IMG/VR virus record: IMGVR_UViG_3300045988_111757 | Coordinates: 1-49,820 of that record | Source: a virus | Length of the DNA stretch: 49,820 nucleotides | Direction: 5' to 3' (one strand) | Shown here: piece by piece, positions 42,865 through 49,820 of the stretch | Layout: every line of letters starts with the position of its first letter | How positions within the stretch are numbered: the stretch's first letter is position 1 | Notes under the pieces: generated by a model | What the model was told of the DNA's origin: nothing | Database searches by the model: none | Seen by the model: the letters and a program-made list of their open reading frames with translations, nothing else | Translations under genes and position numbers: made by a program

Positions 42865-43758
42865 CTACTTTTTCAGGCAATCTTTAAACCTTGAATACTG
42901 CATAATGTAGGCAGGTGTTTCCCAACAATCCCAAGTTTCCAACGATAAAGCGTTTTGATGTAAAACTATTGCAGGAATACCTGCAAGGCTTAATTGCAGA
43001 TAGGTCATTACAACACATCTTTCGTCAATGTCGCTACAAAGCACAAATAAGTTTCTTGCTATGTTGAAATGGCATTGATAATAAAGAATATCAGCGGCGG
43101 CTAAAATCATTCCGCCTGCTCCGCAAGTCGGCTCATTTAGAGTAAGGATTTTATCTTGCTTGATGTATTCGTTAATCATATTTTTGTCTATTGTCATTTC
43201 AGCACACAATTTCGATACATTATAAGGTGTAAAAAACTGTCCTGCCTTGCTGTTGCTTGTATCCGATTTCATAAATAGTTCGCCTAAATAATCATTAAAG
43301 CCGATATGCTCGTTTATTTGATTAGTCAGCAAAATATATATTTTGGTAAAGATTTGAGCAATCAGGTTTTGCATATCCTTATCGTACTTGTTTATAATTC
43401 TCAAATACTCTTGCTCTCGTTTTTCCGCCTTTGCAAAGTCAAATTGATTTGATATTGCTATTGCACTGCATTTGAAAACATCAGCCAAAAATTCGTGTTT
43501 GCCTACCCTATAAGTTCCTTTATCCAACTCTTTTATTATTTCATCAACTGTTGGTATGTTCTTAAACTCTGTATCTTGATTGTATTCTTCATCAGGTACT
43601 TTTGCAGGGTTAATGTGGTTTTCGATATGGGATAATGGTGTGGTTTTTGGAGGGGATTGTTCTGCGGTTGTTTCCGCTTTCTTTGTGATTTCGTTTATTG
43701 TTTCTATTTCATTTTTGGGTAATGAAATATCAAACAATGACATTTGCTCGTTACTCAT
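42865..43758 (-). CDS. HsdM/N6-MTase-like protein lacking catalytic motif IV
   Basis: Motif X GQFFTPYNVSKL, motif I LNEPTCGAGGMIL and DIDERCV...LAGIPAIVLHQNAL are present. The protein then ends 23 aa later with no (N/D/S)PP(F/Y). Confidence 0.65.
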   Translation of the reverse strand: MSNEQMSLFDISLPKNEIETINEITKKAETTAEQSPPKTTPLSHIENHINPAKVPDEEYNQDTEFKNIPTVDEIIKELDKGTYRVGKHEFLADVFKCSAIAISNQFDFAKAEKREQEYLRIINKYDKDMQNLIAQIFTKIYILLTNQINEHIGFNDYLGELFMKSDTSNSKAGQFFTPYNVSKLCAEMTIDKNMINEYIKQDKILTLNEPTCGAGGMILAAADILYYQCHFNIARNLFVLCSDIDERCVVMTYLQLSLAGIPAIVLHQNALSLETWDCWETPAYIMQYSRFKDCLKK

Positions 43759-43772
43759 TATTACTTACCTTT

Positions 43773-43943
43773 CTACTTCTTTATAAACAAAACTTTTTCC
43801 GCTACCATACACGATAAATCGCCCTTTGCTCTCGATTTGTTAAAATCCTTGTCTATCCAAGTCAATTTAACAATTTCATTGTTAAGACTTGTAATATAAG
43901 CATTTACTTCACTTAACTTTTGTTCAACCGTTTCGTATTCCAT
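43773..43943 (-). CDS. Small 56-aa coiled-coil ORF, first gene of the accessory operon
   Basis: ATG 43943 in the same 19-nt RBS/start context as 35069. Encodes MEYETVEQKLSEVNAYITSLNNEIVKL... Confidence 0.4.
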   Translation of the reverse strand: MEYETVEQKLSEVNAYITSLNNEIVKLTWIDKDFNKSRAKGDLSCMVAEKVLFIKK

Positions 43944-43993
43944 AATCTTAATTCCTTTCTTTAGGTTGTTTTCTCTCTCAACCTTGTGTCTGT

Positions 43994-44022
43994 ATTATAC
44001 TACTTTTGCGGTATAACTTCAA
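43994..44022 (-). promoter_or_regulatory. Promoter TTGAAG-17-TATAAT with TACCGC-N4-GTAGTA in the spacer
   Basis: Minus strand: -35 at 44022-44017, -10 at 43999-43994, element at 43998-44013. Confidence 0.55.
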
Positions 44023-44091
44023 GGGAATTAACACATTTTGTAACAATGCACAAAAGCCGTTCTGTGTATCAAGTCTTTTTTGTACACTTTA

Positions 44092-44111
44092 TACTACAAA
44101 TGTAGTACAAT
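44092..44111 (+). promoter_or_regulatory. Divergent plus-strand -10 (TACAAT) preceded by palindrome TACTAC-N4-GTAGTA
   Basis: Palindrome at 44092-44107, TACAAT at 44106-44111, weak -35. A second extended -10 TGCTATAAT lies at about 44143-44151. Confidence 0.4.
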
Positions 44112-44180
44112 AATATTGAAAGAGGATAGCAATGTGTTTTTTGCTATAATCTAATTAACATCATATAAAGGGTGGTTAAT

Positions 44181-44435
44181 ATGGTACTAAATCAAAAACA
44201 ACTTATTGAGTATGCTATCAAAGGTGTAAATGCTGACATTGATAAAATTGAGCGGTCTATCAGGAGGGGCGAAAACTTATTACTTGCTATTGAAAAAGGT
44301 ATTGCACAATCCAACAAAACACCATTAGAGGTTAAACAGTCTATTCAAAAGAAAAAAGCAGAGGTTGAGCATTTAACATTTACGGTTATGAAATTAAAAT
44401 GGGAATTGTCCGAGTTAGAGGAAAAAGAGCAATAA
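44181..44435 (+). CDS. Hypothetical 84-aa coiled-coil protein (lone plus-strand gene next to the lysis genes)
   Basis: ATG 44181 after AAAGGGTGG, ending at a bidirectional terminator. Confidence 0.6.
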   Translation: MVLNQKQLIEYAIKGVNADIDKIERSIRRGENLLLAIEKGIAQSNKTPLEVKQSIQKKKAEVEHLTFTVMKLKWELSELEEKEQ

Positions 44436-44440
44436 AAAAA

Positions 44441-44468
44441 GAGGGGCTATCAATTAAGATAGCCCCTT
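44441..44468. terminator. Bidirectional terminator between convergent genes
   Basis: AGGGGCTATC pairs with GATAGCCCCT, flanked by an A-run (44434-44440) and TTTG. Confidence 0.65.
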
Positions 44469-44476
44469 TGTTATGA

Positions 44477-45280
44477 TTATACTCTTTTTGTAAATGCAAG
44501 GTTGATATAGCCGATACCTGATTTTAATTTACCCCAACCGTCCTTTTCTGCAACGATTGTGTAAACTTCATTGCGGTGTACGGTGGTTTTAAGCTTGTAC
44601 TTCATTCCTGCACCTGCTCTTACATTAAGTGTAGTTGCATTGATTTTGACCTTATAAGGAAACTTTGACTTTGTTTCTGTCTTTGTGGCAGTTTCCTTTT
44701 TCTGCTCTTTCAAGCCCCTAACACTTGCGATTGCCTTTGCGATTGCTTCACCACATTTTTTTTGTCCTGCGGAAGTTTTGACTTTTGCAAGGTCGCTGTC
44801 AGTATCAATAAACACCGTTTCAACAAGAACGGCACACGGCTTTGTACTGCGGATAATTCCAAAGTAATCATTGCCATTTGAACCGAGTTTTGTTTTTGCT
44901 CCTCTGTTCTTAACATCAAAAGTACTTGCAATGTTCTTTGTGATTGCTTCGGCGTATTTCTTGCCCTTTTCACTTTGGTGGTGGTAGTAACATTCTGTAC
45001 CTGTTCCACCGCCTGCGTTAAGGTGAATTTCAGCGATAAAATCGTATGTATCGTCTTTAAGTTTATTGATACGCTCCTGCAAGGATAAACCGCCGTCATA
45101 GTTCATCAAGTCGCAATGTTCGGCGTAATGCTCGTTATAATACTTTTGAGCATACTTGCCAATTTCCTTTGCAATTTTAAATTCGTGATACTTTTTATCC
45201 TTTGATAATGCACCGCTGTCGTAACTCTTGCCGTCGTCTGCTGTGCCGTGTCCGATTGTAATAATAATCTTTTTAGCCAT
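44477..45280 (-). CDS. N-acetylmuramoyl-L-alanine amidase (Amidase_3) with C-terminal SH3-like domain
   Basis: MAKKIIITIGHGTADDG..., EIHLNAGGGTGTE, and the C-terminal GWGKLKSGIGYINLAF. ATG 45280 follows GGAGG. Confidence 0.85.
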   Translation of the reverse strand: MAKKIIITIGHGTADDGKSYDSGALSKDKKYHEFKIAKEIGKYAQKYYNEHYAEHCDLMNYDGGLSLQERINKLKDDTYDFIAEIHLNAGGGTGTECYYHHQSEKGKKYAEAITKNIASTFDVKNRGAKTKLGSNGNDYFGIIRSTKPCAVLVETVFIDTDSDLAKVKTSAGQKKCGEAIAKAIASVRGLKEQKKETATKTETKSKFPYKVKINATTLNVRAGAGMKYKLKTTVHRNEVYTIVAEKDGWGKLKSGIGYINLAFTKRV

Positions 45281-45554
45281 TTGCTTTGTCCTCCGTATCA
45301 TCATTTACTTTCGGTGATTGATAATTCAAAGCATTTGTACTGTCGCCTACACCTGCTGTTGTTGGGTCAACTACAACGCCAAGAACAACAAGAATATTAA
45401 CTAATAGACCGATAGTGTTTATAACTTCGTCCTGCGATACGGACGGCACAACGCCGAATAAGCCTAAAAGCTGATACACAAAAGTAACACAAAGTGCAAT
45501 CAAGGCTACAAGAGTTGTTTTATTTTGTAATCTCAATTTCCAATTTATTTTCAT
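45273..45554 (-). CDS. Holin (phiLC3 / Phage_holin_1-like)
   Basis: MKINWKLRLQNKTTLVALIALCVTFVYQLLGLFG...VVDPTTAGVGDS. ATG 45554 follows GAGGTG. Confidence 0.75.
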   Translation of the reverse strand: MKINWKLRLQNKTTLVALIALCVTFVYQLLGLFGVVPSVSQDEVINTIGLLVNILVVLGVVVDPTTAGVGDSTNALNYQSPKVNDDTEDKANG

Positions 45555-45564
45555 TTTTAGCACC

Positions 45565-46215
45565 TCACTTTAAATATTCGCTTGCTACATATCCTGTATA
45601 AGACTTGTATTTTACTTTCGCCCAACCGTGACCGTTTTTGCTTCCACAATTCTTGTCGATAACATCAACAGTTGCACCGTCAGCAATAGTAGTAACCACT
45701 CCTGCGGTTGTACCGATTTTTGAACGCATAGTTAAACCACCGTTAGCGTCAACGGTGGCTTTTGTTGTAGTTACCTTTTTAGTTGTCTTAATTTTGCTTT
45801 GGTCTTTAGGTCTTAATACACCGTAAACGGCTTTGTATGAGTGCTTAACTTTTTTCATTTCCTTACTGCCCCAATTTTGGTCGTAAGAATAGAAATAAGA
45901 TGTGTTGCCCTCACCTGTTGCAATAGCAATATGTCCGCAATCATTACTTGATGAAATATCACCGCTCCAAACAACAATATCACCCTTTTTCGGTACAAAG
46001 TCGGGTGTATTCTTGATTTTGGTAAATTTGCTTGTCAATGCTGAATGGCTGTTAAAACTCAACCAATAATCTTTTGCATTGCCCCAAGCACCTGCTTTAA
46101 TTCCAAAAACAGAATATAAATATTGCTTTGCTAAATCGACGCATTGAACGCCACAAACCTTGTCATAGTCCGTTTTCTTACCTAAAAACTTTTTAACAAA
46201 TTCGTTATAATTCAT
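45565..46215 (-). CDS. CHAP-domain peptidoglycan hydrolase with C-terminal SH3-like domain
   Basis: Cys in GVQCVDLAKQY and His in CGHIAIATG. The C-terminus is HGWAKVKYKSYTGYVASEYL. ATG 46215 follows AAGGAAG. Confidence 0.85.
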   Translation of the reverse strand: MNYNEFVKKFLGKKTDYDKVCGVQCVDLAKQYLYSVFGIKAGAWGNAKDYWLSFNSHSALTSKFTKIKNTPDFVPKKGDIVVWSGDISSSNDCGHIAIATGEGNTSYFYSYDQNWGSKEMKKVKHSYKAVYGVLRPKDQSKIKTTKKVTTTKATVDANGGLTMRSKIGTTAGVVTTIADGATVDVIDKNCGSKNGHGWAKVKYKSYTGYVASEYLK

Positions 46216-46229
46216 ATTGCTATACTTCC

Positions 46230-46535
46230 TTATAAAACGCTTGTAAGAATAGCACCAATAACCGCACCTATTACCGTTGTAATAACACAACCGATAATAA
46301 GTCGCTTATAGTGCTTGTATTCCTCTGTTGGCTCGTGTTCAAGCCGTTCAAGGCGTTCACCTTGTTTCTGTTGTTCATTTGCCATATATTCCATATTTGT
46401 AGCAAGCGATTTGACCGATATTGTTAATTCAGTCAATGTTTTGTCTTTCGCTTCTTGCTCGTTCATACGGTGTTTTAGGCTTTTAATTTCGTTTTCGTGG
46501 TCGGTAAACCTGATTGCGATTTCTTCTGCTGTCAC
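46230..46535 (-). CDS. xhlA: XhlA-like lysis accessory protein
   Basis: Coiled coil (ERLERLE) plus a C-terminal TM segment (LIIGCVITTVIGAVIGAIL). GTG 46535 lies 8 nt after AAGGAGG; the alternative ATG 46559 lies inside the fibre gene. Confidence 0.7.
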   Translation of the reverse strand: MTAEEIAIRFTDHENEIKSLKHRMNEQEAKDKTLTELTISVKSLATNMEYMANEQQKQGERLERLEHEPTEEYKHYKRLIIGCVITTVIGAVIGAILTSVL

Positions 46536-46548
46536 ATTTCCGCCCTCC

Positions 46549-48960
46549 TTAATATTCATAGACGGCACGCAAAACGACATCATTTCGCTCGTCTTTATCG
46601 TTGTTGAAACTTCCCTTGATACAATTATCGTGAATATAAATACTCTTAATAATACGGCGTTCTGTGTCAACATCATTAACATTACTGCCCATATATCTCG
46701 GAATATCACAATAGAACGCTTTACCGCCCCAATCTCCGCCTGTTGGGTTTTTCTTTGGTATCATTGTTGTAACAAAGTCGCTGTCGTTTGCTTTCTTTGT
46801 GTCTTTGTCGTAATCACTCCAAAGCAAAAGCCAACCGTTACGGCACTCGGATAACTTCTTTGACGGTGTAACTGTCTGTGGTGTGCTATTAGGACTTGAC
46901 ATATAAGCTGCTCCTGTCCAAAGCGGTGCAGGTGACGCTTCAAATATAGCTTTCCAATCTCGCCAAGTACCATTATCAACATAGCCTGTGTAAACACTAC
47001 CTCTACCGCCAAACGCCATTACCCAACCGTACTTTGCTGAACCTGTCTTATGTACCATAAAACGGAACGACTCAATACTGTTCGGGTTATTTGTTGTGCC
47101 GATTGAAGCATAAGCAGTTGTCATTCCTGAACCAAGAGCCTTAATTTTTGCAACAACATCTTGATTAGCCCAACTAACCTCTACATCACCGTCGTCCGCT
47201 GTCATTTGCAACGATTTAGCAATATAAGCGGAATTATGATTGTGATTTGTGTTTGACTTACCTGCAAGTGCTGTATTGATAACCTTGTTTTGTACAGGGT
47301 TAGTGCTTGAAGCACTCAACGCTGTATCAACGGTTGTTTTATTCGCACCTGTTGCAATGCCGTTAAGTTTTGTTTTATCCTCTTTACTCATAAAGCCGTT
47401 TGCAGTAGTTGAAGCGGCACTATGGGTATGTCCTGTATCGGCTTTACCGCTTAACGCTGTTGCAAGCCCTGTCACATCACTTTGAGCGTGTGTATGTGCT
47501 GTCGGTGTCATACTTGTAGGTTTATCCGACAAATCGTTATAACTGCCTGATGTGGCTACATCTGCAAGCCCTGTAATCATACTTGCAGGGTGTGAGGTCG
47601 GGTGAGTGTATTTATTCGCACCTGTCGCAATTCCTGCAAGTTTGGTCTTTTCGTTAGTTGTATAATCGTTTGTTGAAAGTCCTTTACCTGAAACCTTGTC
47701 AACCTTATTACCCAAAGCCGAATTTACAGTTTTGTTTTGAACAGGATTTGTGCTTGTGCTTGACATTGCGGTGTCAACTACTGTTTTATTTGCTCCTGTG
47801 GCAATTCCGCTCAATTTTGTTCTTTCGTCAGCCGTCATAATCTTTTTAGCGGTTGTTTCCGATACATCATCAAGTGAATGTGTGTGACTTGCGGAAGCCT
47901 TACCGCTCAAAGCCGTGTCAAGACCTGTAATGTCGCTTGTAGCGTGAGTATGTGAAGCATTTGCTTTATTACCTAATGCCGTTGCAAGTCCTGTTATATC
48001 GCTCTGTGCGTGGCTGTGGCTTGCGTTTGCTTTTCCTGCAAGCTGTGTAGCTGTTGCAAAGTATGTAGTATCGTGACCGTCAAGCATATCTGCGTCAAGT
48101 CCGCTGTTTTGACCGTCAACAGTCTTTAACTTTGTCAATATCTCGCTTGCTGTGATTACTGCACCGCTCTCGCCTTTGTCGCCTTTCTCACCTTTGTCAC
48201 CCTTGTCGCCTTTATCGCCCTTTGCTCCTTTAAGGCTTGCTACCCAATCGGCTTGCGTTCCGACAAAGCCGTTATCAAGGGCAATTTGATAAGCACTTTT
48301 ACCGTCTTGACCGTCTGCACCTGTTGCACCTGTGTCACCTTTAACGCCCTGAATACCTTGTATTCCCTGTTCGCCTTGCTCACCTTTATCGCCTTTGTCG
48401 CCCTTATCACCTTTCACACCTTGAATACCTTGCTCGCCCTGCTCACCTTGAATACCCTGTATTCCTCGCTCACCTGTGTCGCCCTTGTCACCTTTTGCAC
48501 CTTTTAGGCTTGCAAGTTGTTCCGCTGTAAAATCGTCATAAGTGAATGGGTCGCCCTTATCGCCCTTATCGCCTTTGTCACCTTTTGCACCGTCTACACC
48601 GTTAGTGCCGTCTATACCATTTGTGCCGTTTGCACCGTCAGCACCCTTGATAATTACAGGTGCAGGGTTTGCAAGTCCTTTGTTGTTGCTCCAAGACAAA
48701 ACGCCGTCACTTGATACGCTCGGTGTAAAGGTTGCACCGTCCTCACCGTCTGCTCCTGCTGTGCCGTTATCCCAGAGTGATACCTTTTCGGCTGTGATAC
48801 TGTCAAGCACGGTTTTGTTGCTATGTTCGTGCAATTCGCTTTTATCTGCTTTGCTTGCAATAGCTTCGTCCATACTGTCTAACTTTGTAGTCAGCATTTC
48901 GCCTGTACTTTTGTAATCGACTTCATCTGAATTACAACTAAAATCAACATTTACTGCCAT
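46549..48960 (-). CDS. Tail fibre with collagen-like and His-rich repeats
   Basis: ATG 48960 after GGGGAGGGAG. G-X-Y runs (GDKGDKGDKGE, GIQGEQGEQG), SLKGAKGDKGD junctions and repeated A-S-H-T-H-A-x-S-D-I-T-G-L motifs. 803 aa. Confidence 0.85.
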   Translation of the reverse strand: MAVNVDFSCNSDEVDYKSTGEMLTTKLDSMDEAIASKADKSELHEHSNKTVLDSITAEKVSLWDNGTAGADGEDGATFTPSVSSDGVLSWSNNKGLANPAPVIIKGADGANGTNGIDGTNGVDGAKGDKGDKGDKGDPFTYDDFTAEQLASLKGAKGDKGDTGERGIQGIQGEQGEQGIQGVKGDKGDKGDKGEQGEQGIQGIQGVKGDTGATGADGQDGKSAYQIALDNGFVGTQADWVASLKGAKGDKGDKGDKGEKGDKGESGAVITASEILTKLKTVDGQNSGLDADMLDGHDTTYFATATQLAGKANASHSHAQSDITGLATALGNKANASHTHATSDITGLDTALSGKASASHTHSLDDVSETTAKKIMTADERTKLSGIATGANKTVVDTAMSSTSTNPVQNKTVNSALGNKVDKVSGKGLSTNDYTTNEKTKLAGIATGANKYTHPTSHPASMITGLADVATSGSYNDLSDKPTSMTPTAHTHAQSDVTGLATALSGKADTGHTHSAASTTANGFMSKEDKTKLNGIATGANKTTVDTALSASSTNPVQNKVINTALAGKSNTNHNHNSAYIAKSLQMTADDGDVEVSWANQDVVAKIKALGSGMTTAYASIGTTNNPNSIESFRFMVHKTGSAKYGWVMAFGGRGSVYTGYVDNGTWRDWKAIFEASPAPLWTGAAYMSSPNSTPQTVTPSKKLSECRNGWLLLWSDYDKDTKKANDSDFVTTMIPKKNPTGGDWGGKAFYCDIPRYMGSNVNDVDTERRIIKSIYIHDNCIKGSFNNDKDERNDVVLRAVYEY
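48163..48645 (-). repeat. Collagen-like Gly-X-Y coding repeats (three blocks)
   Basis: Low-complexity GGTGAC/CTTTGTC-type 9-nt periodicity, seen directly in the fibre gene. Confidence 0.8.
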
Positions 48961-49049
48961 AATTACTCCCTCCCCTCTGTTGGTGGGTTTTGCTGTTCTT
49001 TGAATGATAGTTTTACTTTTCTCATAGTAAAAACCTCCTAATTTATATA

Positions 49050-49076
49050 CAAAAAACACGCCGATTAAGGCGTGTT
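49050..49076 (-). terminator. Intrinsic terminator between the two fibre genes
   Basis: Minus-strand stem AACACGCC/GGCGTGTT (49069-49076 with 49055-49062), followed by TTTTTT. Confidence 0.6.
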
Positions 49077-49082
49077 AAATGT

Positions 49083-49820
49083 TTAACGGTACAATATTTG
49101 AATGTGTGTATCATCAAGCCTTTTCATTACTCTGTAACCTGTATCGGCTTTTGTTGCTTTGCCACCGTCAGCCACTTTGCAATATCCATTGACTTCACAA
49201 GTGCCGTCGTCAACAACAATCAATTTACCCATAAGACCAACGCAAGCCCATTCATTCCTAAACTCACGGCTTATGTACTCTTTATCAGGATTATAATCAG
49301 GGTTTACGACAAGTCTTGTAACAGTGTGTGCAGGAATAACCTCGCCTGTTTTCTCGTCTGTGCTTTCGGGTATTTCTACTGTTTCTGTGAGTGTTTGACC
49401 GAACACATCTTTTTTATACATTCCGTGCCAATTTTCCGACTGAACATCACCAACAACAGAGGGGTTAGCTGAAATTACACCAAGAATATAATCATCATCA
49501 GCATTTGCAAGCCTTATTTTGTCACCGTCTAAAGTAACAAATAAACCTCGTCTATCCTCACTGTTTTTATTGCCGTCTTGCCACTCAAAATATTCTGCGT
49601 AATCTGCCCCGCTCGAACTAAAGGAAGATGTACCAATACATTTGCCGTCTGCTCTTATTCTAAATGCGTTTGCAGGTGTTGTACTTGTACCATATCCAAC
49701 AATAAAGAGGGAATTATCAGTTGATTGGTCGTTCTCACCATTACAACCTGTTTTTTGCAAATTGTATTTTCCTGTAACAAACTGATAATCACCTGCAGTT
49801 GTTTCATATCCTCCTGCGTG
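49083..49820 (-). CDS. Tail fibre / appendage protein, C-terminal part (Peptidase_G2-like intramolecular chaperone domain)
   Basis: The frame is open to the window end and continuous with 1..640. Contains SLFIVGYGTS...NAFRIRADG...GADYAEYFEWQDGNKNSEDRRGLFVTLDGDKI...ILGVISANPSVVGD. Confidence 0.75.
   Translation of the reverse strand, partial: HAGGYETTAGDYQFVTGKYNLQKTGCNGENDQSTDNSLFIVGYGTSTTPANAFRIRADGKCIGTSSFSSSGADYAEYFEWQDGNKNSEDRRGLFVTLDGDKIRLANADDDYILGVISANPSVVGDVQSENWHGMYKKDVFGQTLTETVEIPESTDEKTGEVIPAHTVTRLVVNPDYNPDKEYISREFRNEWACVGLMGKLIVVDDGTCEVNGYCKVADGGKATKADTGYRVMKRLDDTHIQILYR
49766..49820. repeat. Second copy of the 55-bp terminal repeat
   Basis: Identical to 1..55. Confidence 0.95.

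Noticed and set aside
44710-45099. The 129-aa alternative-frame minus-strand ORF inside the amidase gene
   Set aside because: It lies entirely within a well-supported Amidase_3 coding frame, has no RBS and gives a basic low-complexity translation.
46536-46709. A longer XhlA ORF starting at 46709
   Set aside because: The extra 58 codons overlap the fibre C-terminus in another frame and give an implausible translation. An AAGGAGG lies 8 nt before GTG 46535.

Overview
The window is one complete, circularly closed genome of a temperate, contractile-tailed (PBSX/SPP1-like mosaic) phage. Bases 1-55 are identical to 49766-49820, so the unique circle is 49765 bp, and one tail-fibre gene crosses the linearisation point. 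Strong GGAGG-type ribosome-binding sites, XhlA, CHAP and Amidase_3 lysins, an SPP1-type portal and MuF protein, and the AT-rich composition all point to a Firmicutes (probably clostridial) host. Almost every gene is on the minus strand. Read in the direction of transcription (descending coordinates), the order is as follows. (1) 43943-38433: an early accessory operon with a methylase-like protein, a Xer-like tyrosine recombinase, two homing-endonuclease-like genes, DUF3846 and small ORFs. (2) 35660-38404, plus strand: the lysogeny module, with two XRE repressors, a large serine integrase and a degenerate resolvase-like ORF. (3) 35469-25621: early, recombination and replication genes (Cro-like, DUF1351, RecT, MBL nuclease, NinB-like, SSB, replisome organizer, G39P-like loader, dUTPase, RusA, late regulator). 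(4) 25436-18017: packaging and head genes (ParB-methylase, TerS, TerL, portal, MuF). (5) 17730-12338: scaffold, capsid, neck, sheath and tube. (6) 12267-653: chaperones, tape measure and baseplate. (7) Two fibres, one spanning the junction. (8) 46535-44477: the lysis cassette. I saw no tRNA, rRNA or CRISPR array. The most interesting signals are non-coding. Three consensus sigma-A promoters inside the late region are each followed by a structured leader and a terminator-like hairpin; one leader is a roughly 165-nt G/C-clamped RNA in front of the scaffold and capsid genes. A family of early promoters shares a TACNNC-N4-GTAGTA element inside a 17-nt spacer. Coding oddities include a catalytically truncated HsdM-like protein next to a second (tyrosine) recombinase, a MuF protein with a roughly 250-aa unknown C-terminal cargo domain followed by a small ORF, and a BspA-type LRR protein inserted in the baseplate module. 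All family names rest on motif recognition by eye; I ran no database search.
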